From: Adineta vaga | Taxonomy: Eukaryota > Animalia > Rotifera | DNA: 64,000 bases | Reading direction: 5' to 3' | Assembly (NCBI GenBank): GCA_021613535.1 | Contig: CP075492.1 | Coordinates: 5,890,001-5,954,000, forward strand | Part shown: piece by piece, positions 63,732-64,000 of the stretch | Layout of the letters: every line of letters starts with the position of its first letter | Numbering within the stretch: the first letter of the stretch is position 1 | The notes under the pieces: model-generated | Told to the model about the DNA's origin: nothing | Database searches by the model: none | What the model saw: only the letters and a program-made list of their open reading frames with translations | Program-made: the position numbers and the translations under genes

Positions 63732-64000
63732 TATGTCGAACAAACAATTTCTCTTCTTTATTGACAGAAGCAATGTTTCATTGTTCGCTGATTATTATTA
63801 TTACAATATATACATATAATCGTTCGATGTCTTTTGTTATAAGTGAAAATTTTTTCCTGAATTGTCGTTTAGTTTAAGCAATATTGATGATTTGTCTATC
63901 AATGTCAAAGAATAAAAAGTAATATTCATTTCTTGTGAAGAGAAGATTTTATCTGACAATAGTACAAGAAATTTCTTTGAGCAAAGCATACAGTCACACA

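Noticed and set aside
61400-64000. Short ORFs at the end of the window
   Set aside because: Low-complexity upstream DNA with microsatellites and no coding signal. No tRNA or rRNA was recognised anywhere in the window.

Overview
Eukaryotic, AT-rich, gene-dense DNA with many short (~45-60 nt) GT-AG introns. The gene families present (ART-TPR, WWE-ART, orphan class A GPCRs, GH19) suggest a bdelloid rotifer; this is inference. About 25 genes or pseudogenes can be reconstructed by hand: adenosine kinase, a GPCR plus two GPCR pseudogenes, a broken ART-TPR gene, a six-hevein GH19 chitinase, motile-cilia genes (CCDC42/CFAP73, RSPH1, TTLL3/8, TSNAXIP1-like) with RFX X-box-like sites near three of them, a RanBP2-like gene, LAPTM4, an ADP-ribosylhydrolase-fold protein, a Hog/Hint protein, an EF-hand protein, an hnRNP, a WWE-ART, an RNF14-like RBR ligase, calreticulin, two astacins, a CRAL-TRIO protein, an RBFOX-like RRM gene missed by the ORF track, and a CNG channel. 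The most striking item is a secreted gene at 19699-22208. One signal-peptide exon can splice in frame to either of two duplicated terminal cassettes. Each cassette begins with a gamma-carboxylase-propeptide-like motif and a Cys/Glu Gla-like domain, and one ends in a ~400-aa Glu/Asp repeat. Other highlights are a Hog protein with an unrecognised 8-Cys secreted N-domain, a CNG channel with a non-canonical pore filter, and the hevein exon-intron array. Exon boundaries were read by eye and no database searches were run.
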